Positions 1 through 9,218 of a stretch of DNA of 43,927 nt are shown here, one piece after another. Within the stretch, counting starts at the first letter, position 1, and every line of letters starts with the position of its first letter. Origin of the DNA: Phycisphaerae bacterium (GTDB lineage Bacteria; Planctomycetota; Phycisphaerae; UBA1845; Fen-1342); contig JASFQK010000047.1 of NCBI GenBank assembly GCA_050115495.1, forward strand, positions 1 through 43,927, given 5' to 3'. The notes beneath the pieces were generated by a model. The model did no database searches. It was not told where the DNA came from and worked only from the letters and a program-made list of their open reading frames with translations. The translations under genes and the position numbers were made by a program.

Positions 1-237
1 CACCGGGGAGGACGTGATCGCTATGTCGATACGCGACGCCAATACACGAAAACGAACACCCAAAACAACGAAAAAGCGTACGATTGCACCCTTGACAACC
101 AAAGCGCCTTTCATGAATAGGGCGGGCGGATTCTGGTGGGGATTGGGCGGGATGTGGTGGGGGGGCGGCGCCGAGGCCCGCGTTTCGGTGCGGGGCCTTG
201 GTCCTGTGCTGACTGCTACTGGCGGAGCGCTTGGCGG

Positions 238-2124
238 TTACAGCTCGTCCGCCACGGCGTCCCAGAAGACGCCCTGCGGCGTGTCGCCGTAGTATTCGGC
301 AAGTTCCGCGGCCACTTCGACCACAAAGGACAACTGGTCTTCGCCCAAGTAGCTCTGGAAGAGGGCCGCCGTCGTCTCGGCGTTGAGCCCGCTGCCGCCA
401 CCTTCGCCAAGCGCCAGGCACGGATCGCAGTCGGGGTATGCGCCGGCGTATGCCGGGGGATTGGTCAACCGCAGCATGAACGGAGCAATGTCGAAGTTGT
501 CAAAGTACCCGTCGCAGTTCATGTCGCCGTGGTACACCATGCTGCCCAGCAGGCCAGGGAAAGCCTGTTCGTAATCGCCGCCGGGGTTTGGGTCCCCGAG
601 GGCCAAGATGAACGGGCTGATGTCGAAGTTGTTGGTCAGGCCGTCGTTGTTCATGTCGCCCTTGCAGGCGGTGATCTCCCACAGGTGCAGGTCCGGCGTG
701 TTCCCGTAGTACATATCTTCGCCCACGCCAATCACGCCGCCCGATACCCAAGTGTCGGCTGCGTCCCAGCCGTCGTAATCGACGGCGACGAAGGGCCCAC
801 CTACGCTGAGATCGACCGTGCCCTCGATGTAGATGCCGGCCTCCGCAGTCAGCGAACCGTCGACGACGATGTGGCCACCACTCAGATCCCCGTAGGGATC
901 CGCCAGGTCGCCGCCGATGCTAATCTCGCCGTCCAAGTCACCGTCGATCAGGATCTCGCCGTCCAGGTCATCGCCGATCAGGACCTCGCCCTGCATCCCG
1001 GCGGTGCGAAGCGTTCCGCTCATGTTGTGCAGGACCTTGATTGTCCCGGTGAAGTCCTCGTCGCCCTCCTGGTTGATGGTGATATCACCGGAGACACTCC
1101 CAACTTTCAGCTCGCCGGGCATCTCGCCAGACTCGGTCCAGAACGCATACGCCAGGTTCCCGCCGATGACGATGCCGCCCCCTTGTTCATTCCCCACGGC
1201 GATCTTGCTTGTCGCGTCACCGTCGACATTGACTTGACCGGTGGAAACCACCGAACCCCAGATCTCGAGCCCGCCAGCCGAGGCGGGACCGCCGAGTACG
1301 CCGCCGATGTGCACCCTACCGCCCAGGTCGCCACCGATGCTCACGATCTGGGTGACGTCGCCGGCGATGTCCAGCGTCCCGCCGGCAGGCAGGTGGTCGC
1401 GCAGGTCCACGGCGCCGGCATCACCACCGACGACAATCTCGCCCAACAGGTCACCCAGATAGTGTTCGCCGATGGTCAGGTAATGTAGACTGCCCGTAAT
1501 CTCGATGGTGCCCGACATATCGCCCCAGATCCTGATCCAGCCTTGGCCAGACTCGGGAGAGGTGGAGCCAGACACGTAAATCGACCGGTCATAGGGGCCG
1601 CGGACCAGCAAGTTCCCTTGATGAACGACGGACGACGAGGCGGCCGTGAAGTCTTGCATCGCGTCGCAACTGAAGTCGCCGTCGAACGTGGCGATGTGAA
1701 CATCGTTCAGGACGGTGCCGCCGACACTCACCGGGCCGTTGATGTAGTCGACGACAACGTCGCCGTCTTCGGCGAGGTCGCCGGTGATGTCTAATTCCAT
1801 GAGCCGTGAGCTCCATGCCCCGGACAGGTCGAGGAGCTTGACGTCGACCGCCCCCGCCCCGCCGCTTTCCCGGGCGACGTAGAGGTAGACAGTGCCGTTC
1901 ACACCGCTGGCGACGGTGATCGACTTGATCTCGCCCAGACCTTCTCCATCGGTAGCCTCGAACTTGAACGTGCCGGAAGCTATGATCAGAACAGTCCGCT
2001 CCACTTGGTCTATCTGACACCCCTGCGGGTCACCTGCCCAAAGCCGGATGAAGTTCTCTGCAACAGACACGTCCGATAACAGTGCAACGATGCAGACAGT
2101 CAACAGGCCCCGTACTCCCGACAT
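238..2124 (-). CDS. Secreted Gly/Asp/Ile-rich repeat (probable beta-solenoid) protein with C-terminal dockerin-like (paired EF-hand) domain, 628 aa
   Basis: Start moved to ATG 2124 (GGGAGG RBS upstream). Signal peptide MSGVRGLLTVCIVALLSDVSVA. Repeated GD(L/V)xGxIxIxG units. Two dockerin-like repeats GDMNNDGLTNNFDISPF and GDMNCDGYFDNFDIAPF. Confidence 0.8.
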   Translation of the reverse strand: MSGVRGLLTVCIVALLSDVSVAENFIRLWAGDPQGCQIDQVERTVLIIASGTFKFEATDGEGLGEIKSITVASGVNGTVYLYVARESGGAGAVDVKLLDLSGAWSSRLMELDITGDLAEDGDVVVDYINGPVSVGGTVLNDVHIATFDGDFSCDAMQDFTAASSSVVHQGNLLVRGPYDRSIYVSGSTSPESGQGWIRIWGDMSGTIEITGSLHYLTIGEHYLGDLLGEIVVGGDAGAVDLRDHLPAGGTLDIAGDVTQIVSIGGDLGGRVHIGGVLGGPASAGGLEIWGSVVSTGQVNVDGDATSKIAVGNEQGGGIVIGGNLAYAFWTESGEMPGELKVGSVSGDITINQEGDEDFTGTIKVLHNMSGTLRTAGMQGEVLIGDDLDGEILIDGDLDGEISIGGDLADPYGDLSGGHIVVDGSLTAEAGIYIEGTVDLSVGGPFVAVDYDGWDAADTWVSGGVIGVGEDMYYGNTPDLHLWEITACKGDMNNDGLTNNFDISPFILALGDPNPGGDYEQAFPGLLGSMVYHGDMNCDGYFDNFDIAPFMLRLTNPPAYAGAYPDCDPCLALGEGGGSGLNAETTAALFQSYLGEDQLSFVVEVAAELAEYYGDTPQGVFWDAVADEL

Positions 2125-2153
2125 GACAGTCCTCCCGTAAGAGAGAAACGTGT

Positions 2154-2837
2154 TCAGCGCTGCCTGCCACCGTGGCAAACGAGCGCCCCTAGTACCAACA
2201 CGAAGCTGGACGGCTCTGGTATGACGCCAAAGCGGAAGTAGTCCCAGCCGCTTGTTGAACTCGCGCCCTGCACACCTGCACCCCAAGCGACGAAGGAGTC
2301 CAACGGCGTGACCGTCCAGAACTGGCCAACGTAGCTGAGCTGACCGTCGATGTATAGCTCGTACCCTTCCATGTCCCATGACTGGAAGCGATACTCGTGG
2401 AATTGACCAGGCGTGATCGGAATCAGCACGTCTTCGTTCTTGAGTAGCAAGTAACCATTCAGCAGTGTCATCGCGACGTCCCCCGGTACGCCATCGCGTG
2501 CGATGACGACCGTGCCATCAAAGAGCCCGGAGTGCAGGTCGAGCATGACACGCCACTCGGCCACGAACAACTCGCCGGACCCGGGGTTGATCTGCCGGTC
2601 GATCTCGTAGTATTCCCATAGCAGCGGGTTGCGCGACGTGTCCACCCACAGCACGCCGTCATCGAGCCAGCGATCGGGCTCATCCTGCGGGGGGACGTGC
2701 ACGCCGTCGCCGTATGCCCGATTCCACCCGCAGTTCTCCGGGTAGTCGTCGCCCTCGTAGGCGATCCAGTACGGCTCGGCCTGCGCCGCCGCCACCAGCA
2801 AGGCCACCACGCCAAGAATGCACAAGCACCGTCTCAT
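2154..2837 (-). CDS. PEP-CTERM sorting-signal protein (exosortase substrate)
   Basis: Signal peptide MRRCLCILGVVALLVAAAQA. C-terminal VIPEPSSFVLVLGALV..GRQR (PEP + hydrophobic stretch + basic tail). GGAGGG RBS. Confidence 0.85.
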   Translation of the reverse strand: MRRCLCILGVVALLVAAAQAEPYWIAYEGDDYPENCGWNRAYGDGVHVPPQDEPDRWLDDGVLWVDTSRNPLLWEYYEIDRQINPGSGELFVAEWRVMLDLHSGLFDGTVVIARDGVPGDVAMTLLNGYLLLKNEDVLIPITPGQFHEYRFQSWDMEGYELYIDGQLSYVGQFWTVTPLDSFVAWGAGVQGASSTSGWDYFRFGVIPEPSSFVLVLGALVCHGGRQR

Positions 2838-2881
2838 CGGTTCACCCTCCGGCCAGCGATCCCGCCGGCCATCTGTCGCAG

Positions 2882-3003
2882 GCCATCAGCCGTCAGCTAC
2901 AGGCCGTGAGCCGGAGGCTGCGATTCGGCACGCCGGCACTGGTGGGCAAGCCACCAGTGGCACCCGCCGTTCCGGCACTGGTGGGCGAGCCACCAGTGGC
3001 ACC
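2882..3003. repeat. Heptamer run (GCCRTCA-like) plus two tandem copies of palindromic REP-like unit GGCACTGGTGGGC(A/G)AGCCACCAGTGGCACC
   Basis: Units at 2935-2964 and 2974-3003. Same unit at 3582-3611, 9111-9140 and, inverted, 27266-27294. Confidence 0.85.
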
Positions 3004-3368
3004 GGGGCGGAGGACCCGCTCGCTACCGCTCGGGGCTCGGACAAATGGCGCGCCGGGACATCGGACGTCTGCCCGTACCGGCCGCGTGCGGCCTGTCTAC
3101 TCTCTACTCACAACCCTCAACTCTCTCGCGCAGCGTGCGGCTCACCTCCGGGGCCCGGTGCTCCGTCCGCACGCTCTACTACACTTATAGCCGGATGGTG
3201 GCCGGTTCGCGCTCGGGTATTTGCCCTAAATGGGGTCCTAATATGCGCGAGGGTGGCGTTCGTTAGGGCTCACGGGGCGAGATTCGCCGAAGACGGCCGG
3301 GCGCGCCGGCGCGCCGGGTTGTGGTTTGGCGAGCGGTTCCGTCGCCCGCCACGCGGGCTGCAGAGGAG

Positions 3369-3423
3369 AGGAGTCAGAAGACGGGAGTCAGGAGTCAGGA
3401 GTCAGGAGACAGAAGTCAGGAGA
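3369..3423. repeat. Short tandem heptamer array (GGAGTCA)n, degenerate
   Basis: gagtcagaagacgggagtcaggagtcaggagtcaggagacagaagtcagg read directly. Confidence 0.85.
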
Positions 3424-3714
3424 TGGCGGGGCGGGAGTGGGGTGGGGGTCGTGGGGTTGCGCCGCGGCGGAGGGGAACACAGGCCATTGGCCTATGCCAC
3501 ACCAGCGGCCGCGCGGCATCGCGAGAAATCAGGCGGGTTCAACAGGCGAAGAGACAGTGGCGGGCGAGGGCGGGTTGTGCCGGCACTGGTGAGCAAGCCA
3601 CCGGTGGCACCTGGCGATGCGCGAGAGAGGAGAGCGGGAGTGAGTAGAGAGTAGAGCGAAAGACATGCTGGCGCCTAAGGCTTCAGCATGCCACACTCCG
3701 GCTCATGGCCCGAA

Positions 3715-3904
3715 GCTGATAGCTGATGGCTGACGGCTGATGGCTCGCCGAAGACGGCCGGCACGGAGACCGGCCGCTACGAAGACGTCGGCCACGGGGG
3801 GCCGACGCTACGACGACGGCCGGTGCGGAGATTCGGACGCTACGCGCGCGTGACGACGCACCGGATGCAATCCGATGCCACAGTGTACGGAGACCGGACG
3901 CTAC
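3715..3904. repeat. Heptamer run (GCTGAYR)x4 followed by a tandem cluster of GTAG-type REP palindromes
   Basis: GACGGCCGGCACGGAGACCGGCCGCTAC 3753-3780; GACGTCGGCCACGGGGGGCCGACGCTAC 3784-3811; variant 3815-3843; half unit ending at the trpA stop. All end in CTAC (GTAG on the minus strand). Confidence 0.85.
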
Positions 3905-4710
3905 GGGCTCAATTGGGCGCAGAGGTTCGCGATGGTTGCCGACACGGCGTCGGCGACGTCGTTCGGGCCGCCGCCGGCGTCGATCGCCGTCGTCATTCGC
4001 CGGACGATGCCGCTGCCGACGATCGCCCCGTCCGCCACGGCGCAGACGGCCGCGACCTGCTCCGGCCGTGAGATGCCGAATCCTACACAGACCGGCTTCC
4101 CGCTGGCGGCTCGCAGGCTCTGAACCTGCTGCACCAAGTCCGGCGGCAGGGCGTCCCGCTCGCCGGTCGTCCCGGCGACGGACTGGTAGTAGATGAACGG
4201 TGCCGACAGGTCGGCGATCCGCCGCCGCCGGTCATCGTCGCTCGTCGGGGCCACCATCATCACCAGCGGGCAATCCGCCCGCTCGCCGATCTCCGCCAGC
4301 CCCTCCGCCTCCTCGATGGCCAGGTCCGGCACGATCAGCCCGTCGAAGCCGGTGGCCCGAGCCCGCTCCACGAACGCCCCCGGCCCCCGGCGATACACGA
4401 TCGAGTAGCTGACCATCGCCAGCACCGGCGTGGCGATCTCGGCCCGATGCTCCGCGAGCGTCGCAAACAGCTCATCAAGCTGGAACCCCGCCGCCAGCGC
4501 CCGCGAAAACGAAGCCTGAATCACCGGCCCGTCGGCGATAGGATCAGAAAACGGGATGCCGAGTTCGACGCACCGGCAGTCCCGCGGATCGAGGCGCCGC
4601 AGAATCGCCGCGGTCGTCGCCAGGTCCGGGTAGCCCGCGGTAACGTAGGGCAGCAGCCGGGGCCGGCGAGCGGCGGTGCGTCCGTCGAATTCGGCCCGCA
4701 GCGGGTTCAT
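3901..4710 (-). CDS. trpA: Tryptophan synthase alpha chain
   Basis: Motifs PYVTAGYPD, ELGIPFSDPIADGPVIQ, GLIVPDL, VGFGIS, ADGAIVGS. Start set at ATG 4710. Confidence 0.95.
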   Translation of the reverse strand: MNPLRAEFDGRTAARRPRLLPYVTAGYPDLATTAAILRRLDPRDCRCVELGIPFSDPIADGPVIQASFSRALAAGFQLDELFATLAEHRAEIATPVLAMVSYSIVYRRGPGAFVERARATGFDGLIVPDLAIEEAEGLAEIGERADCPLVMMVAPTSDDDRRRRIADLSAPFIYYQSVAGTTGERDALPPDLVQQVQSLRAASGKPVCVGFGISRPEQVAAVCAVADGAIVGSGIVRRMTTAIDAGGGPNDVADAVSATIANLCAQLSP

Positions 4711-4777
4711 GCGGCGAAGTCTATCCGCCGCCCGTCCCGCTGGCCAATGGCCGTACGGACCGGCCGGCGGGAGCGCT

Positions 4778-4806
4778 TTGTCGGTCGGCTGACCGTCTCG
4801 TATAAT
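4778..4806 (+). promoter_or_regulatory. Sigma70-type promoter for the pilB operon
   Basis: TTGTCG (4778-4783), 17-nt spacer, TATAAT (4801-4806), 37 nt before the pilB ATG. Confidence 0.65.
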
Positions 4807-4843
4807 GCGGCGGGAATTCGACGCCGCCAGCGGAGAGCAGTGC

Positions 4844-6598
4844 ATGGCAAGCGACGGGATGCCGCCGATCTCACAACTTAAGGGTCGTCCGCTGGGGCGG
4901 ATCCTGATCAAGATGGGCAAGCTCACGCGTGCCCAGGTTTCGGAGGCGCTGGATCTCCAGAAGAAGAAGCGCGGCCCCCTGGGCCAGTTGCTGATCGAGA
5001 TGGGCTACGTCGAGGAGGCCGACGTCCACCGGGCCCTGGCTGCCCAGGTCGGCATGGAGTCGATCGTCCTGGCCGACATCGACGTCGACAAGAAGGTCAT
5101 CGACCTCATCCCCTCCCAGATGGCCCGCAGCTACCGCATCATCCCCACGGACTACGAGTCCGAGACCAACACGCTGGCGGTCGTGCTCGACAGCCCGGAC
5201 AACTTCCAGGCCACCGACGACCTCAAGACGTTGATGAACTTCAACGTCATCGCCCGCATCACGACCAAAGAGGATATGACGGACGCCCTCAACCGGTACT
5301 ACCCGGAGGAGGCCGCCGAGACCCTGAACGACCTCATCGGCGAGATCGACAGCGACGACGAATTGGCCAAATTCGCCGGCCGCGGCGAGAGCATCGACCT
5401 CGACGAATTGCGGGAAATGGCCGAGAGCAACCCGGTCAAGAAGCTCGTCAACCTCGTGCTGCTCCAGGCCATTCGCGATAAGGCCTCCGACATTCACTTC
5501 GAGCCGTTCGAGGACGAGTTCAAGATGCGCTACCGCATCGACGGCGTCCTCTTCGAGATGGTTCCCCCGCATAAGCACGTGGCCATGGCCATTTCCTCGC
5601 GTATCAAGGTCATGGCCAATCTCGACATCGCCGAGCGGCGGCTGCCTCAGGACGGCCGCATCGAGCTCATGATCGAGAAACGCCCGGTGGACTTGCGCGT
5701 GAGCGTGCTGCCGACGATGTTCGGCGAAAGCGTCGTGCTGCGTGTTCTGGACCGGGCCCAGGTGAACCTGGACCTGGAGCAGATCGGGCTGCGTGAGGAC
5801 GAGTTGGGGACCATGCGCCAGCTCATCCACAAGCCGCACGGCATCATCATCGTTACCGGACCTACTGGCTCGGGTAAAACGACGACCCTCTATTCCGCCC
5901 TGCGCGAGCTGAATACGCCGGACGTGAAGATTCTCACCTCCGAGGATCCGGTCGAATACGACATCGACGGCATGGTTCAGTGCCAAATCAAGGCGGATAT
6001 CGGACTTACGTTCGCCCGCTGCCTGAGGAGCTTCCTGCGGCAGGACCCCGATATCATCCTCGTCGGCGAGGTTCGCGACCTGGAGACGGCGCAGATCTCG
6101 GTGCAGGCGTCGCTGACGGGTCACTTGGTCTTCAGCACGCTGCACACGAACGACGCTCCGAGCTCGATCGCCCGTCTGCTGGATCTGGGTTTGGAGCCGT
6201 TCCTCGTGACGGCGACGCTGGAAGCCATTGTCGCACAAAGACTTGTGCGCCGAATCTGCCAGAACTGCAAAGAAGAGTATCATCCCAGTGAGCGCGAGCT
6301 GCTCCAGCTCCAGCTCACGCCGGAGGATCTTAGCGGCCGCGTGCTGTACTACGGGCGTGGTTGCGACTACTGCAATAACACGGGTTACCGAGGCCGCGTC
6401 GGGCTGTTCGAGGTCATGCTTCTGGATGAGGAAATGAAGGAACTGATCATGAAGCACGCTTCGGCGGCGGTCTTGCGGCGGGAGTCTCGCAAGCGGGGCA
6501 TGCGCACGCTTCGTGAGTCGGGCCTGCTGACGCTGTACGATGGCGTCACGACGATCGACGAGGTGGTGAAAGAGACGCTGGCCGAAGAAACCGTGTAA
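4844..6598 (+). CDS. pilB: PilB/GspE family assembly ATPase with N-terminal MshEN-like domain
   Basis: ASDIHFEP, ERRLPQDGRI, Walker A GPTGSGKT, EDPVEY, RQDPDIILVGE, tetracysteine CQNC..CDYC. ATG 4844 follows GGAGAG. Confidence 0.92.
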   Translation: MASDGMPPISQLKGRPLGRILIKMGKLTRAQVSEALDLQKKKRGPLGQLLIEMGYVEEADVHRALAAQVGMESIVLADIDVDKKVIDLIPSQMARSYRIIPTDYESETNTLAVVLDSPDNFQATDDLKTLMNFNVIARITTKEDMTDALNRYYPEEAAETLNDLIGEIDSDDELAKFAGRGESIDLDELREMAESNPVKKLVNLVLLQAIRDKASDIHFEPFEDEFKMRYRIDGVLFEMVPPHKHVAMAISSRIKVMANLDIAERRLPQDGRIELMIEKRPVDLRVSVLPTMFGESVVLRVLDRAQVNLDLEQIGLREDELGTMRQLIHKPHGIIIVTGPTGSGKTTTLYSALRELNTPDVKILTSEDPVEYDIDGMVQCQIKADIGLTFARCLRSFLRQDPDIILVGEVRDLETAQISVQASLTGHLVFSTLHTNDAPSSIARLLDLGLEPFLVTATLEAIVAQRLVRRICQNCKEEYHPSERELLQLQLTPEDLSGRVLYYGRGCDYCNNTGYRGRVGLFEVMLLDEEMKELIMKHASAAVLRRESRKRGMRTLRESGLLTLYDGVTTIDEVVKETLAEETV

Positions 6599-6770
6599 GG
6601 ATTGCGACTGTTGTTGTCCGATAATCACACCCTCTCGTGCCGAGTCACTTGGTGTGCGAGATAATGGGGGCGTGAGAGGGCCCGTATAGAGGATCCTGTC
6701 CGGCTGGGATGGGCCTCGCGGGTGACCCGGACTAGAGACGTTGCAGGCGGACGCTGTATGGAGCCATGCC

Positions 6771-8048
6771 ATGGCGCTATTCCAGTATGAAGCGCTGAAC
6801 CCCTCCGGCCAGGAGGTCAAAGACACCGTCGAGGCCCCGACCAAGGAAGAGGCCGTCGCCAAGGTGCGCGGCTTGGGCTACTTCCCGACGAAGGTCGTGG
6901 AGAAGGCGGACAAGAAGAGGATCGCCGCGGCCAAGGGTGGTGGCGGGCCGTCTCGGAAGAAGGCGGCTGGGACCGGTTTCGGCGGCGTCGGCATCAAGAA
7001 GCTGACGTCGTTCACGCGTCAGCTTTCGACGCTTCAGGACGCCGGCCTGCCCATCCTGCGCAGCATCAAGATCCTCGAAGAGCAGCAGCAGCCCGGTATG
7101 CTCCGTAAGGTGCTCCGCGAGGTGCACGAGGATATCGAGGGCGGTGCGACGCTCTCGGAGGCGATGAGCCGCCACCCGAAGGCCTTCGACCGCCTGTACT
7201 GCAACATGGTGGCCGCGGGCGAGGCCGGCGGTGTGCTCGACGTTATTCTCCAGCGTCTGGCCGAGTTCATGGAGAAGGCCCAGAAGCTCCGCCGCAAGAT
7301 CATCGGTGCCTGCATTTACCCGGCGGTGGTGATCACGATCGCGGCGGCGATTGTGACGTTCATCATGGTGATGGTGGTGCCGAAGTTCCGCGACATTTTT
7401 GCGGACTTCGACGCGAAGATGCCGGGCATGACGGAGTTTCTCATCGCGGTGTCGAACTGGTTCGCCCAGGGCGTGCCGCCGGGCTGGCTGGTGGTGCTGG
7501 GGTCGCCGCTGCTTATCTTCGGGATATTCAAGCTGATCCGGCAGGCCCGGATCGGCCGGGTGGCGCTGGACATGGCCCTGTTGCAGGTGCCGGTGGCCGG
7601 GCAGATCGCGGCGAAATCGGGCGTGGCCCGCTTCACCCGTACGCTGGGCACGTTGATCGCGGCCGGTGTGCCCATCCTCGAAGCGATCACCATCACGCGC
7701 GATACCACGGGTAACGAAATCTACACATCCATGCTCGAGAAGGTGCACGACTCGATCCGCGAGGGCGACACGTTCGCCAATCCGCTGCGGGCGTCGAAGT
7801 GCGTCGACTCGATCGTGGTGAACATGGTGGACGTCGGCGAGGAGACCGGCGAACTGGACAAGATGCTGATGAAGGTCGCCGACAACTACGACGACGAGGT
7901 CGACACGCTGGTCGCATCGCTGGTCAGCCTGCTCGAGCCGATCATGGTTGTCTGCCTCGGCGTGATCGTCGGCTTCATCGTGATCTCGCTGTTCCTGCCG
8001 CTGGTGTCGCTCATCCAGAGCCTCCAGGGCGGCGGCGATGACTATTGA
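6771..8048 (+). CDS. pilC: PilC/GspF inner-membrane platform protein
   Basis: FTRQLSTLQDAGLPIL, MVAAGEAGGVLD, VGEETGELD, LLEPIM, LFLPL. Three hydrophobic segments. Confidence 0.92.
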   Translation: MALFQYEALNPSGQEVKDTVEAPTKEEAVAKVRGLGYFPTKVVEKADKKRIAAAKGGGGPSRKKAAGTGFGGVGIKKLTSFTRQLSTLQDAGLPILRSIKILEEQQQPGMLRKVLREVHEDIEGGATLSEAMSRHPKAFDRLYCNMVAAGEAGGVLDVILQRLAEFMEKAQKLRRKIIGACIYPAVVITIAAAIVTFIMVMVVPKFRDIFADFDAKMPGMTEFLIAVSNWFAQGVPPGWLVVLGSPLLIFGIFKLIRQARIGRVALDMALLQVPVAGQIAAKSGVARFTRTLGTLIAAGVPILEAITITRDTTGNEIYTSMLEKVHDSIREGDTFANPLRASKCVDSIVVNMVDVGEETGELDKMLMKVADNYDDEVDTLVASLVSLLEPIMVVCLGVIVGFIVISLFLPLVSLIQSLQGGGDDY

Positions 8049-8094
8049 TCGCCGGCCGGCGGAGCAGCCGGCGTGGCGGCGTATGAGGTGTGCC

Positions 8095-9084
8095 ATGCAC
8101 GTGACGTCTCGGAACAGCAAAGCGGCATTCACCCTGATCGAGCTGCTGGCGGTCGTGGGCATCATCTCGCTGCTCATCGGCATCCTGGTGCCGGCCGTCG
8201 CCGCTGCCCGCTACCAGGCCAAGGCCGCGGCCACGCGCAGCAAGCTGTCGTCCATCAACAGCGGCTGCGAGATGTTCAACGGCGAGACGAATCGCTATCC
8301 TGTCTCGCAGGGCTGGAACCCGTTCGAGCAGACGCAAGACGTGGCCCTGTCCGGGGCCCAGTGGCTGGTCCTGCAGGTCAGCGGCCCGGATTTCATGGGC
8401 TACGTCAAGCCGATCACCGACAACGACAGTGACCCCCCGGACGGCATAATCAACTATGAGGACTGGCGTGACTGGTACAGCACGACGCCGGGGGCGGATT
8501 ACAGCCGCTCTGGGCCGTACGTGACCGCCGACGGCAACTTCGCCCAGACGCCTACGCAGTACAAGAAGTCACACGGCTTCGTCGCCCAAATCCCGAACCA
8601 ACTGACGCTGGGCAGCTCCGATTGGGACAACCAGTCGCTGCCATTCTTCGTCGACAACTTCGGCTACCCGATCCTCTACTACGCGGCCTCGGCGTATGCC
8701 AAGGAGCCGGTCAGCACCGGTACCGACACGAACCTCGTCATTGGCTGCTACGATCAGTCGGACAACGCGGCCTTCACCGGCGGCCAGGGCGGCAACGGCT
8801 TCCTGGCAGGGGCGCAGGATGGCTGGGACCTGGGTAGCGGGCCCGATGCCAGCGTTCCGCCGTACTTCCACCCGTTGGCGATGCTCGGCTATAACGCCGC
8901 CGATCCGGCGGATCTGCCGCCGAAGCAGTCGTTCATGCACGCCATCTACGACCGCAACCTGTACGAGTCGACGGACAAGGGCTCAGGCGGTCGCGTGTGG
9001 CCGTTGCGGGCGAAGACGTTCTTGCTGGTTTCTCCCGGGCGGGACGCTCGCTACGGGACGATGGATGACATCTGGAATTTCTGA
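8095..9084 (+). CDS. Enlarged prepilin/pseudopilin (GspG-like)
   Basis: KAA|FTLIELLAVVGII N-methylation motif. GspG-like DNFGYPILYY and FLLVSPGRDARYGTMDDIWNF. Confidence 0.88.
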   Translation: MHVTSRNSKAAFTLIELLAVVGIISLLIGILVPAVAAARYQAKAAATRSKLSSINSGCEMFNGETNRYPVSQGWNPFEQTQDVALSGAQWLVLQVSGPDFMGYVKPITDNDSDPPDGIINYEDWRDWYSTTPGADYSRSGPYVTADGNFAQTPTQYKKSHGFVAQIPNQLTLGSSDWDNQSLPFFVDNFGYPILYYAASAYAKEPVSTGTDTNLVIGCYDQSDNAAFTGGQGGNGFLAGAQDGWDLGSGPDASVPPYFHPLAMLGYNAADPADLPPKQSFMHAIYDRNLYESTDKGSGGRVWPLRAKTFLLVSPGRDARYGTMDDIWNF

Positions 9085-9110
9085 CGGGCTGGTGGTTGCT
9101 GCACGTCGAG

Positions 9111-9140
9111 GGCACTGGTGGACGAGCCACCAGTGGCACC
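9111..9140. repeat. REP-like palindrome between pilin genes
   Basis: GGCACTGGTGGACGAGCCACCAGTGGCACC, same family as 2935/2974/3582/27266. Confidence 0.85.
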
Positions 9141-9218
9141 CGATGCAGCGGCCGACCTTCGGGTTGACCGTCGACCGCCGCGAGATGCCTGAGACGGCAG
9201 TAAGCAGGAGTGCGAACC

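Noticed and set aside
92..120. TTGACA promoter near the window start
   Set aside because: No convincing -10 at 16-18 nt, and it would point into the 3' end of an opposite-strand gene.
2818..3654. 278-aa ORF and similar ORFs at 19404-19859, 21769-22197 and 36030-36545
   Set aside because: They are translations of repeat DNA (low complexity, Arg/Gly-rich) with no RBS or domain signal.
3753..3843. Tandem 28-nt palindromes resembling a CRISPR array (also 2935-3003, 38381-38485)
   Set aside because: Units differ from each other, spacers are only 2-19 nt, copies are dispersed in both orientations, and no cas genes are present. These are REPs.
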